Shown here: in pieces, positions 9,383 to 19,310 of the stretch
How the letters are laid out: the number at the start of each line of letters is the position of its first letter
How positions within the stretch are numbered: the first letter of the stretch is position 1
From: Macrostomum lignano
Taxonomy: Eukaryota
NCBI GenBank assembly: GCA_002269645.1
Contig: NIVC01002521.1
Coordinates: 62,001-126,000 of the forward strand
Direction of reading: 5' to 3'
Length of the DNA: 64,000 nt
Made by a program: the position numbers and the translations under genes
The notes under the pieces: generated by a model
What the model was told of the DNA's origin: nothing
Databases searched by the model: none
What the model saw: only the letters and a program-made list of their open reading frames with translations

Positions 9383-12256
9383 ATGTTCGGTAATTACGGG
9401 CACGATAGCTCTAACCCCACTGCTTCAGGGCTCAAGATCGCCCACCTAAATTGCAGGGGGATAATACCGAAACTAAAATAACTCAGGCTCTGGGTCTCAG
9501 ACCAGAAATTAGATATAGCGTTGTTCTCTGAGACCATCCTGAAAAATACCCAAGTATGCACATTTCCGGGCTATGCTGCAGTGCGGTTTGACCTTCCAAA
9601 TACGAAGCGCGGACTCCTCCTCGTAAACACCCCACGGGTCAAGGTAGCTGATGTCCAGCTCTCGTATGACAACATCAATCATGAGGTTCTTACCTGCACA
9701 GTCACCCCTCCTGACGGCGCTTGCCCTGCTTTCAAGCTGGCCTTGATCTATCGGTCTCCATCGCCGGACAACCTTGATGTCGGTCTTTTGACTCGGCTGT
9801 CCACGGCCAAGTACTCTCTTGTTATGGGTGACCTCAACGCCAGGCACAACTTCTTGGGGGGGGGGCGAAAGTCGCAACAACAGGGCTGGCCAGCAGCTTC
9901 ATGACTGGCTCTGCGGCGACCCTGCCAATCGTCCCACCGTTCTAAACCAACCAGGTCAGTTCACTAGAATAGCCCACCGACAAGGCACGGTCTCCCGGAA
10001 TGTGCTGGACCTAGGTCTGGCCTCCAGTGACCTTGTCCCCTACATCCAGGACTTCAAAGTGGGCGATGACCTGAATAGTGACCACCTTCCAATTATTCTC
10101 ACCCTGGCGAGCAACTCCCCAGACTGGCAAGGGCTAGAAAAGGCCCGAAATTTTGCAAAAGCCAACTGGGAGGAGCTCCAGAATAGCCTTATGGAGAAAA
10201 TGATCGACGCGTGGCCCCCAGACCTTAGAACAAGGCAGCAGATTGATGAGGAGGTTGAAGTCATCATGAACGCAATCCAGAAAACCATCGAGGATAATGT
10301 CCCGGTCAGAAAAGGCCGTAGAGCCCTCCCCCAGAGGATCATTGCCATGATCAAGGAGAGGAGGAAGCTCCGGCGTCTGTACCATAGCACCAGGGACGAT
10401 AACTTCAGGCTCCTCGCGAATAGGAAGGCAAAGGAAATAAAAAGCGCCATTCATTCGTTTGAGCAGGGCCAATTCACTCAATTGTGCGAGAAAATAGTTG
10501 AAAAAAGTCAGTGTCGGAATGTCAAGGACTTCTGGCAGGACACAAAAAAACTAATGGGGCACAAAAGGGCACCACTATTCCGTCCCTGAACGATGGCGCC
10601 ACCCTCGCACACACAGACTCCGACAAGGCTGATATGCTTGCGAGAGCCTTAGATGCCAAAATGCGCCCGATTCCATCTACGGATGACGGACTGAAGAAGA
10701 AGGTTGAGCAGACTATGAAGCTCTCACTTTTCAGACCTGTCCCACCGAGCGCGGAACCGCACATGGGCCACCCCCTGGAGGCTCCTATCTCTGTTACAGA
10801 TACCCTGTGGGAACTGGACCATCTCAAAGTAGACAGTGCTCCGGGCCTGGACAAAGTTCCCAACTGCGTCCTGAAGTATGGCCTAGAGCCCATTGCGGTT
10901 ACTCGCATCACCAAATTGTTCAATGACTGCTATTGTACGGGGATCTTCCGATCGCAGTGGAAAAAAGCGGTGGTGACTATGATTCCCAAACCTGACAAAC
11001 CGCCTGAATCCCCGGGATCCTATCGGCCAATCAGTCTGACCTCCTGCCTCGGCAAGGTGTTCGAGAAGCTTTTGGTGAGAAGGCTGATAAAGCATCTTGA
11101 GGGCCAAGGCATCCTCGGTGAGGATCAGTGCGCATACAGGAAGGTCCACTCGACCTACGACAACCTTGTCCGCCTCGTCCAAGACGTCCAGGTTGGCAAA
11201 GCCAAACTCAAAAGATTGCTGGCCATTATCCTTGACGTACAAGCGGCGTTTGACTCGGTGTGGTACGACTTCCTGAGGTTCAGGATGCATGAATTCGACA
11301 CGCCGGACGCCCTCGTCAGGATCTGCTCTGACTATCTAGCAGACAGGCTAATGCAGGTGAAGGTCAACGGGGCGCTCAGCCAGCCGTACGAGCTGCAGGC
11401 GGGCGTCCCCCAAGGCGGCATTCTAAGCCCCTTCCTCTACCTGCTCTTTATCAGCACTATGCCTAGGCCGCAACATCCAAATCTTAAACGCAGCCAATTC
11501 GCCGACGACATGGCCATCTGGGCCTCGGCGGACTCCTTTGCTGGCCTCAAAACGCTCCTGCAACCCTACCTTGACCAAGTTTGGAACTGGTGCGGGGGGC
11601 AGGGGATCAAGATCAATGCCGGCAAGAGTCAGGCGATTGCGTTTAATTATAAGCCAACCCAGCGGCTCGATCTGCGCCCCAAGTTGAACCTGGGCGGCAC
11701 GAGCCTTGAATACCAAGAAGAAGTCCGGTTCCTTCGCATGAACCTGGACTTCAGGCTGACACTGAACTCCCATATTGAAAGGGTGGTCACCCATGGCCGG
11801 GCGCTTGCCTTGTCGATTAACCGCATTGCTAAGCTAACCCGGCTAAGCAGCAATACCCTAAAAATGCTATATAGGGCCTACGTGGAGAGCGTGCTGACAT
11901 ACGGCGCCCCCGTACTCAACATCATTGCCCCAAGCAACCTCAATAAGTTGCAAAAGATCCTAAATCTAGCCATTAGGATTTGCTACGGTGCCCCGAGTTA
12001 TACGCAAGTAGCCTACCTTCACGAGCTAGCGGCTATCCCCATGCTGGCCGGTAGGATCAGAGCCCTTGGTGTAGGATGGCTGACGAAGGTGAAGGCCGCG
12101 GGACACCATGACTTTCAAATCGAGCCGGAGCTTCCTAGGGCGGCTCGTAATCGTCCTCCAGTGCTGAACCTCCTGTGGGACAGCCTAAAACGGAGGCATG
12201 CCAATAGGTTAGCTGCAGTGAATGCGGCGGCCCGCGCGGCCAACAACCCGCCCTAA
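9383..12256 (+). pseudogene. LINE B1 ORF2 (APE-RT), near full length with a stop and homopolymer frameshifts
   Basis: All APE and RT motifs present (FADD); TAA near 9479, frameshifts at the G-run (about 9855) and A-run (about 10565); no RNase H and no C-terminal CCHC seen. Confidence 0.93.
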
Positions 12257-13153
12257 GCTGACCCCTATTCAGGCTCAAAACTAGATTGCGCGAGCTAAGC
12301 CATCGGCTTCCCCCCCTTCCGACTTCTAAGTCCTCTTCGCCTTTCAACATCCTTCAGTATCCATAAAACCACAAAAAATGCTTGCTTACTTCCTTGACTT
12401 CTTCCCCCCGTCTCCTTGATAGCCGTGTGTCAGCGCAGAAAACTTATAACCAAAACTTGCTACTAAATATGAAAATTAGGCGAGTGCTTGACTGGTTGGG
12501 GAGAGGCCTATAAACCAGCAGTAAATTGGGGGTTTAAACGAGAACTTTCTTACCTGTGATCGCCTCCTTTTGCATTGTGTCGCACCGCCGTTTTTCTTTT
12601 CTTTTCTTTTGTATTTAATACTGCTGTTTTATTTTATAATCCAATATTTACACGCGCGCCTTCTACAACTTGGCCAAATGCGTTTTTTATCCGGCTTTTG
12701 CCATTTTACACCCAAAAATTTTTTTTTATTCTATACCCAATATTCTTTTATTTACGTGTTTTTACTCGTTAATGCCGTACCATACCTACTAAATTATTTT
12801 CTCAAATGGCTGCTACTTATAGTAGCGTCTTTAACATACTTCAAACATTTCTTTTATTTTTCATTCATTATCAATACCAATAACAGTTTTATCTCTCAGT
12901 AATGCCAATATTGACTGCACTACTCCCCTTACTGTATGGTCCAGATCTTTGTGAGGACCCCCCTCTCTATCAGAATTCCCTCTATTTTTTTAGTGCAAAA
13001 TATTTTATTCTCCGAATGTAAATATCAATATATATATATCGAATTTTTAATTTCCTGTACCAATACTCATAATTTTAAAATAATAATACATCGGCAGAGC
13101 CCTACTCGGGCTGAACCAAGGTGCCCCTTCTTAGCACCGTCGTTTAAGAACAG

Positions 13154-13995
13154 AGGCGCCTAACCGCAGTACCCCGTGAAACTTGTCTCTGCCTGGCCGA
13201 AAGCTTGTCATGAGTTAGTAGGCTGGGTTGGAGGGTAATAGTGGATCGGGAAGGGCTGTGGGTAGCTGTATAGGAAGGCAGGCCTATACCTGTTCCAGTT
13301 GGTGCTCTGACGGTCCCCCTCGGAGTGCCCTCTGAGCGAACAGCCAGCGACCCTATTAAAGCTGGAGTGTGCCAGAACCAGGACTGAGTCTGAGCAGGAC
13401 GAGACCGTTGGCACGGTCACAATAGAAATGGCGGGTTGGCGAAGCAAAGGGTGAAATAGTCCCGGCGATTAGCCCTCCTGCCGCTTCAAAGATAAGAGAC
13501 TGTCTGGCAAGAGTACCCGGGGTTTAGTTGGGGGGGGGAGGCTCCTTCGGGTGGCCACGGCCGTGGGGGCGGTCTTATGACCGGTGTTTTGGCCTTTCTA
13601 ACCCTGGAAAAGGCACGGGCTTCCCTGAATGGTTCACTCAACCCCCTCTGGCCCCGGGGAGGTTTTGTTATGTTTGGCTTGAGTACCCGGGGGTGGTGGG
13701 TGGTCAGCCCCAGCATGGTAGCCACGGCTCTCGGCCTTCGGGCCAACCCTAATTGACAAGGGGTCTATCTAACCAGGTTTTTTGGGCACGGGCTTCCTGA
13801 CTGGTATGTCGTTCCGCTGTCACTGTCCCCCGGGGAGGTTTTTGATTTCTCACTTCCCCAATGCACAGTCCTCTCTCTAGCTTAGGAACCTAGTGTACAT
13901 ACGTACACCTCCAACCTGGAACCTAAATTTACCTAGTGGCGTAAGAGCCTGTTCAATGGCTGAGGCGCCGGTTTTACTTATTTTAGTTTAGTTAG
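13154..13995 (+). mobile_element. SINE-like non-coding retroelement, copy D2
   Basis: Reverse-complement match to 5475-6290; same 5' boundary AGGCGCCTAACC; 3' tail TTTTACTATTTTAGTTTAGTTAGT; two diverged internal repeats of about 170 bp. Confidence 0.8.
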
Positions 13996-14014
13996 TCTTG
14001 GGAAAGCATCCCGT

Positions 14015-16170
14015 CCTGAGCCTACCGTGGTACAAGCAGCTCCGACGACAACTCAGTCTGCACCGTCAGCAAGCAGCTCCTTGTCTACCGTGACCAAGCA
14101 GACCGTACCAACTGCCAGTAGTTTTGAGCCAGCCTCAACTGTAACAAAGATGAACAATCCTGCCTCCAATGCTGCCAACGGTGAGAGGGGCTTTACTCAG
14201 GGTGACGTGCTCGAGGTGGTTCTCGGAGCACTCAACCGGATCATGGAGATCGAACCGGGGCGTCTGCTCACTGCCTGGGAAGCAAGCCAGCTTGCTATTC
14301 GGGTAGTGACGGAAGTCCTGACGACCTTCCTGAATCCCGGAAGAGTGCCCGCTGTCAGGGCAGGTGAAGCTAAAGCCACTTCGGTGAGCGGAGGCGGATC
14401 TGAGTCCTGAAATAAATATCAAACTACTTAATGGCTTTCGATAATAAATCTCCCAACAGTACGCTTAATATAGGACACCTGAACTGTAACAAATTAAGCA
14501 ACAAAATGCACAAATTATTATGTGGTTGCACAATGATAACATTGACATTGGTCTTTTCTCAGAAACTGATCTTAAAATAATGATAAATTTTATGCACAAG
14601 GTTATGCCATCTGCTTCCAACCTCTGCTTAAACTTGGTCAGGACTTGATTCCATATCATGATTCTGTTACATTCTTGGCATCACACTCGACAAGGATCTT
14701 AACTATAGGCAACACATTTCAAAGACTGGTGGCATCTCGATCGCCAAACTCGAGGCTTTGAGAAGAATCGCTCGCAACACGAGAATCTCCCAACTTGCGC
14801 TTCGACTTTTTTATAGGTCCTACATTTAAAGCAGCATGACCTATGGTGCTCCAATTCTGGTTAACACCTCTGATGTTATCATGCAGAGTCTTCAGCGGCT
14901 CCAGAATCAGGCACTGAGGGTTGTGCTTGGTGCCCCTAAATACACCAAAATTAACTACCTACATGAAACCACCAAGATGCCTAGGCTCAGGAAGAGGATA
15001 TGGAACCTAGGCCTTAGGTGGTACAAAAAGGTTCTGCTCACAGGAGTGCACGGCTTTCACTCTGATAAAAAAATCTGGAGCATACCAGGGTTTAGAGAAC
15101 CAGTCACGACTAAATTCAGGAAAGCCATTAATCAAACACATCAATATTAAAAAACTCACATTGAGCCGTTCCTGGGTGAGATCCTCTCATGGTTGATTGA
15201 TCCTGTAGTGCTGTAATTAACTGCAGCGTGCAAATCTGTTCGTACATATCAAAAAGTTTTACTATTTGGGACATAAAATCCTGCCATTCTTGATCCCATT
15301 CTTGTCCTTCCTTTCTTTGGACATCCCTAAGGACTTCCTAAGGAATCCCTAAAATTTAAAGTGTTAATTCCCTTATCAAGCGTCTAAGCCTTCTATTTTT
15401 CTTCCCCTCAGCTGCCAGCAACTCTGTAAGTTTGTATTAATTCTTATTTATAGGGTTAAATAGCTCTCTTGACTATTTAACCTTTTACCCATAAGGGCCT
15501 ATAGTAAACTAGTTTTATTATTTGTGGACCCTAAGTCCCTACCTACTTCTAACTCTTATTTGTATAAGCTAGAGCTTTGCATACTCTCTCTTTTGAGGTA
15601 TTTCTCAGCTCTGAGCCTTACTTACTTTTTCTAAAATATTAATTTCTAATTTTACACTATTTAAATAGGAAAAATCTAAATTAATTTCTCTAAGCCTCAT
15701 ATTTAATTCTAAAATTTTTATTTAATTATCATAAGCTGCAGCTCTATTAGATCTCTCTTCTGAGACCAGGCTCAGCTTCTAACTCCAAAAACTAACCTAG
15801 CTAATAAATTTTTCAAATTTACACTAATTACATACGCTAAAATTTAAAATATTAATTTTGCAGTAGACCCCTGCTCAAAATTTTTCAATAATCTAATAAC
15901 TTTGCCTAGGCCACCTAAGCTTCCTTTTTAAGTTGCTAAGTGGTCCTACATCAGTTTCTAAATAGCTAAACTTAACATAGAAAAAAGCAAAAAATCAAAA
16001 AAAATTAAATTGTAATTATAAAATAAAATACTACATACAGTAATTAATTTATTTACTTATAGCATACTGTAATTCATTTACATTATTTATTAAATTGTTG
16101 CCAGCAGCATCCTTGCCTCTTCTTTAATTAAAATTGCAAAACTAGGTATTAGGAAATCCTCTTCTTTCTT
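14015..16170 (+). mobile_element. LINE family C copy C1 (5'-truncated, about 2.1-kb internal ORF2 deletion)
   Basis: ORF1 C-terminus (14027-14410); ORF2 start MAFDN..IGHLNCNKL at 14431 joined near 14612 to the post-RT region; collinear with copy at 43077-46010; right boundary approximate. Confidence 0.85.
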
Positions 16171-16341
16171 CCTCTTGGAGACCGTCTGCGCGCGCGCAAA
16201 ATACCTGCAAAGCAAAATTCCAAATTGCAATAAGGCCTGCGACTCTAACTGCTCACTGCTCTGCCTTCCACTAGCTCTTACCTTTGTGAAAAGAGCAAAT
16301 AGTTTTATTTTATTTTATAGTTAATAATTATATTAGCAGAC

Positions 16342-19293
16342 ATGAGCAGGCAGATCCCGCCTACTAAACTTACAAAACCCTCTGGGCTACCTGCGGCCAA
16401 GCGTGCTGACAACCGCTCATCGGTAGATAAGATGGAGGCCTTTGGCCGAAATCTCCTAGGCCTAGGAAAAAAACCAGCACGGCCAGCTGCCGGTCCTTCT
16501 GGTGCTGCAACTACCGCTGGAGCAACGAGCGCAGTTAGCAAAGTGCCCAACAGCAACAGGGCCTCCAGGAGCAGCGCGGACAGCATCCCGCCGGATGCCC
16601 CGTACAGCCAAGCAGCCATTAGCTGTCCGGCTGGCATGGACTGTGCACCAGCACCGCCATCGGACACGCCACCATCTCCTAGGGAAAAGGCTGAGGCAGT
16701 TACGCCGGCTTCAATGCCAAATCCAGCCGAAGTACCTAAGGTACAATATTCCAATGACAACGCATCTACTAGACCAAAGTCTCCGGTGCTTGCAATCCCA
16801 GCAGAGCAGCCAAAATCACCAGAAGGCGCCATCTCCATATCGTCGGCAAGTAGCTCTGGCTCTGCGACTGTGTTGGAAGGTGCTGGCCAAGCCGGCTCCG
16901 AAGACCCCAACGCAGCCGCAGCAGCATCTGATTCTGCGTCTGAGGCAGACTCCGCGAACGCCGGCTGTGTCGATCTCGATGCTGAGGACGCAAGCATACC
17001 GTATGAGAATCCAATAGGCTTTCCAATAGGCGCGGACAAATCGGGGCTACAAATCAAGCTGCCTAGTCAAGACGTACGACTGGAGTACTATCCGAACATG
17101 CTCCGCAGCGTAGCCGCCGATGTCTACGACCGGATAATCCAAGATCTCCTGCCTATCGCGATACGTCACCGGCTTCAGGAACAGCGACGAGTGGTCTGGT
17201 ACGGGCCGGAGTACTCTTACTCTGGAGTTCCGCTCAGCGCCAACAAAAAATGGCACCCGCTAGTCGAGGACATGAAGGACTACCTCGAGCTCAACGCGGA
17301 TATTGGTGCTCCAAAATTTAATAGTTGCCTCATTAATTTCTACGAAACGGCTGATGACTGCATTCTATTCCACGCCGATAACGAACCTGAACTCGGCAGG
17401 GACCCTTTCATCGCTACGGTCTCCTTTGGTGCAGTACGCCAATTCCAAATTAAGAATAATGAGGACCAACGAATTGTAGCGCAATTTGAGACTAAGCCCG
17501 GCTCAGTAATAGTGATGTCCGGTGCATGCCAACGTAAGTGCAAGCACAGTGTCCCAGGAGTCGGCGTCCAGGACGGGGTACGCATATCGCTCACCTTTAG
17601 GGTGACATATCCACCAGGCGTCGGCACACCGGGACACGGAGGCCCAACTGCAGCAGCTGCACACGTCGGAGACGGGCCTGGCAGTGGCCGGGCGGGCGCC
17701 AGCCTGGCCGCGCCGGGCCCCCGGACAGCGATGACCAGCGGGCAGCTAGGAGATCGCGGAGCGGCCGGCGCGCCCGGCTCTGCGGTCCCTGGCGGCCCAC
17801 GAGCCCAGGGCAACGGCGGTGGCAATGTCGGCGGTGCGGGGCGGGGCGGCGATCGCCGGTCCTACGCTGAAATGGCGGCGAACAACAACCAAGATAGATC
17901 ACGGCCCCCGAACAATAACAGGGGAAGTAGTAATGTGGTACCAGTAGTGTTCAACACTGCGGCAGAAACGAGTCAAATTGATTTTCTAAAGTGGCTCGCG
18001 GCCAACTTCCAAGGGTCGGCCCGGGCTACACTCACCAAGAAGTTGACCCATGAAGTCGGCTTCCTCGTGTTTCCGGCTACTCCGCGTGACCACCAGTTGT
18101 TCCTGCGTGGGCCTCTGCGTGAGCCCCAGTTCGCGGGGGGGCCGGTGACGAGGCGCTTACCAAAGGCTCGACCGGACCCAAGAGCTAGGCCTGCTGCGCC
18201 ACAGCGACCAATGACCCGAGCGGTCCACTCGTTCGTGGTGCGCGGCGTGCCTCCGGAGGTCGATGCCAGCGACTTCAAGCGGCACCTGCAAGAAAGCGCT
18301 GGTCTTAATATCATATCAGCTAGCCGTATCACTGCTAGGCGAGACAACAAGCCTACTAACCTAATCAGAATCTTTGTCCGTAACAAACAGACAGTGGACG
18401 CCTGTCTAGCTACAGGAATCGTCACGGATTTTACAACATACCAGTGCGAGCAGAACAAGACCGCAGCTCCGGCACGAGCACCGCAGTGCCAAAACTGCCA
18501 GCGCTTCGGTCACCACGCCCAGAGGTGCAAGGCGGCCAAGCGTTGTCGAATCTGCGCGGCCGAGCACCACTGGCGAGACTGCGACAGCCAGGACGCGGTG
18601 AAATGTGCCAACTGCAAGGAGCCGCACAGAGCAAACTACCGCAACTGCCAGGTGGCGATCGATTGCCACAGTGCGGCCCAAAGGCGTGCGGCTGCCTACG
18701 CAGCGGGCGCCCGAGAAGCCGCGGCAGCAACAGACAGTTCGACCGCTCCACCACCTATTGCAGCAGCAGCGGCGGTAGTAGCATCAGCAGCATCAGCAGA
18801 GGCAGCGGCAGCAGCGGCGCCACCCGCCCCCGCCCCCGCACTGGCACCAGCTCCGGCAGCAGCACCGAGATGGGTCGACGCCGCAGCACGGGCGACAACG
18901 GCGACAGGGGGCGACGATCCGTTTTGGCTCACCGGCCCTGGCCTCCCTAGCCGAAAGCGCCCTGTGCGCGAATCGACCGACTCGGAGACGCAGACAACTG
19001 CGCCGGATGAATCCTCCAGCAATGACACGCCGCCAAATGCCAGAGAAGTCTCCCAGCTTCAGGAACTGGTGAGTGGGTTCCTTCCCCTCTTGGTCCAGGC
19101 ACTAGTAGAGGTGCTGTCGACTCTCTGGCAGAGCCCGGCTGAACGGCCGCCTACTACCGAAAGCTCCCGTCAAACGGTGCAAGACGTAGTAGGTAGGGTT
19201 CTGGCCCGGATCCTCGAAGGCGAATCGAACAGTCACCAGGGTCTTGGTCAGCTGCTTGGCGCCTCCCGGCGACAGGCGGATGGCCAGACCTAG
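16342..19293 (+). CDS. LINE ORF1p, 983 aa: low-complexity N-terminus, AlkB-like 2OG-Fe(II) dioxygenase, G/A linker, PRE_C2HC-like region, 3 CCHC zinc knuckles
   Basis: Uninterrupted ORF. AlkB at about 17074-17604 with NFY, H-A-D, distal H (KHSVP) and R-ISLTF-R; knuckles CQNCQRFGHHAQRC, CRICAAEHHWRDC, CANCKEPHRANYRNC. Confidence 0.95.
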   Translation: MSRQIPPTKLTKPSGLPAAKRADNRSSVDKMEAFGRNLLGLGKKPARPAAGPSGAATTAGATSAVSKVPNSNRASRSSADSIPPDAPYSQAAISCPAGMDCAPAPPSDTPPSPREKAEAVTPASMPNPAEVPKVQYSNDNASTRPKSPVLAIPAEQPKSPEGAISISSASSSGSATVLEGAGQAGSEDPNAAAAASDSASEADSANAGCVDLDAEDASIPYENPIGFPIGADKSGLQIKLPSQDVRLEYYPNMLRSVAADVYDRIIQDLLPIAIRHRLQEQRRVVWYGPEYSYSGVPLSANKKWHPLVEDMKDYLELNADIGAPKFNSCLINFYETADDCILFHADNEPELGRDPFIATVSFGAVRQFQIKNNEDQRIVAQFETKPGSVIVMSGACQRKCKHSVPGVGVQDGVRISLTFRVTYPPGVGTPGHGGPTAAAAHVGDGPGSGRAGASLAAPGPRTAMTSGQLGDRGAAGAPGSAVPGGPRAQGNGGGNVGGAGRGGDRRSYAEMAANNNQDRSRPPNNNRGSSNVVPVVFNTAAETSQIDFLKWLAANFQGSARATLTKKLTHEVGFLVFPATPRDHQLFLRGPLREPQFAGGPVTRRLPKARPDPRARPAAPQRPMTRAVHSFVVRGVPPEVDASDFKRHLQESAGLNIISASRITARRDNKPTNLIRIFVRNKQTVDACLATGIVTDFTTYQCEQNKTAAPARAPQCQNCQRFGHHAQRCKAAKRCRICAAEHHWRDCDSQDAVKCANCKEPHRANYRNCQVAIDCHSAAQRRAAAYAAGAREAAAATDSSTAPPPIAAAAAVVASAASAEAAAAAAPPAPAPALAPAPAAAPRWVDAAARATTATGGDDPFWLTGPGLPSRKRPVRESTDSETQTTAPDESSSNDTPPNAREVSQLQELVSGFLPLLVQALVEVLSTLWQSPAERPPTTESSRQTVQDVVGRVLARILEGESNSHQGLGQLLGASRRQADGQT

Positions 19294-19310
19294 AGCAATA
19301 AAGAATAAAT

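Larger units (their letters stand above)
6745..13153 (+). mobile_element. LINE copy B1 (5'-truncated; AlkB-ORF1 family, subfamily B)
   Basis: Begins in ORF1 upstream of AlkB; ORF2 nearly complete; 3'UTR ends with the same hairpins and an AAGAAC tail. Confidence 0.92.

Noticed and set aside
9850-10570. Programmed frameshifting in LINE ORF2
   Set aside because: The shifts fall in G and A homopolymers and copy A2 is in frame there; mutation or long-read error is more likely.
5475-13970. About 815-bp inverted repeats flanking LINE B1, as if a composite TIR transposon
   Set aside because: The left copy has its own 16-bp TSD and each copy has its own simple-repeat tail, so they are independent retro-insertions in opposite orientation.
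16188-16300. HDV-like ribozyme at the LINE 5' end
   Set aside because: I could not fit P1/P3/L3/P1.1 by eye; an Infernal search would be needed.
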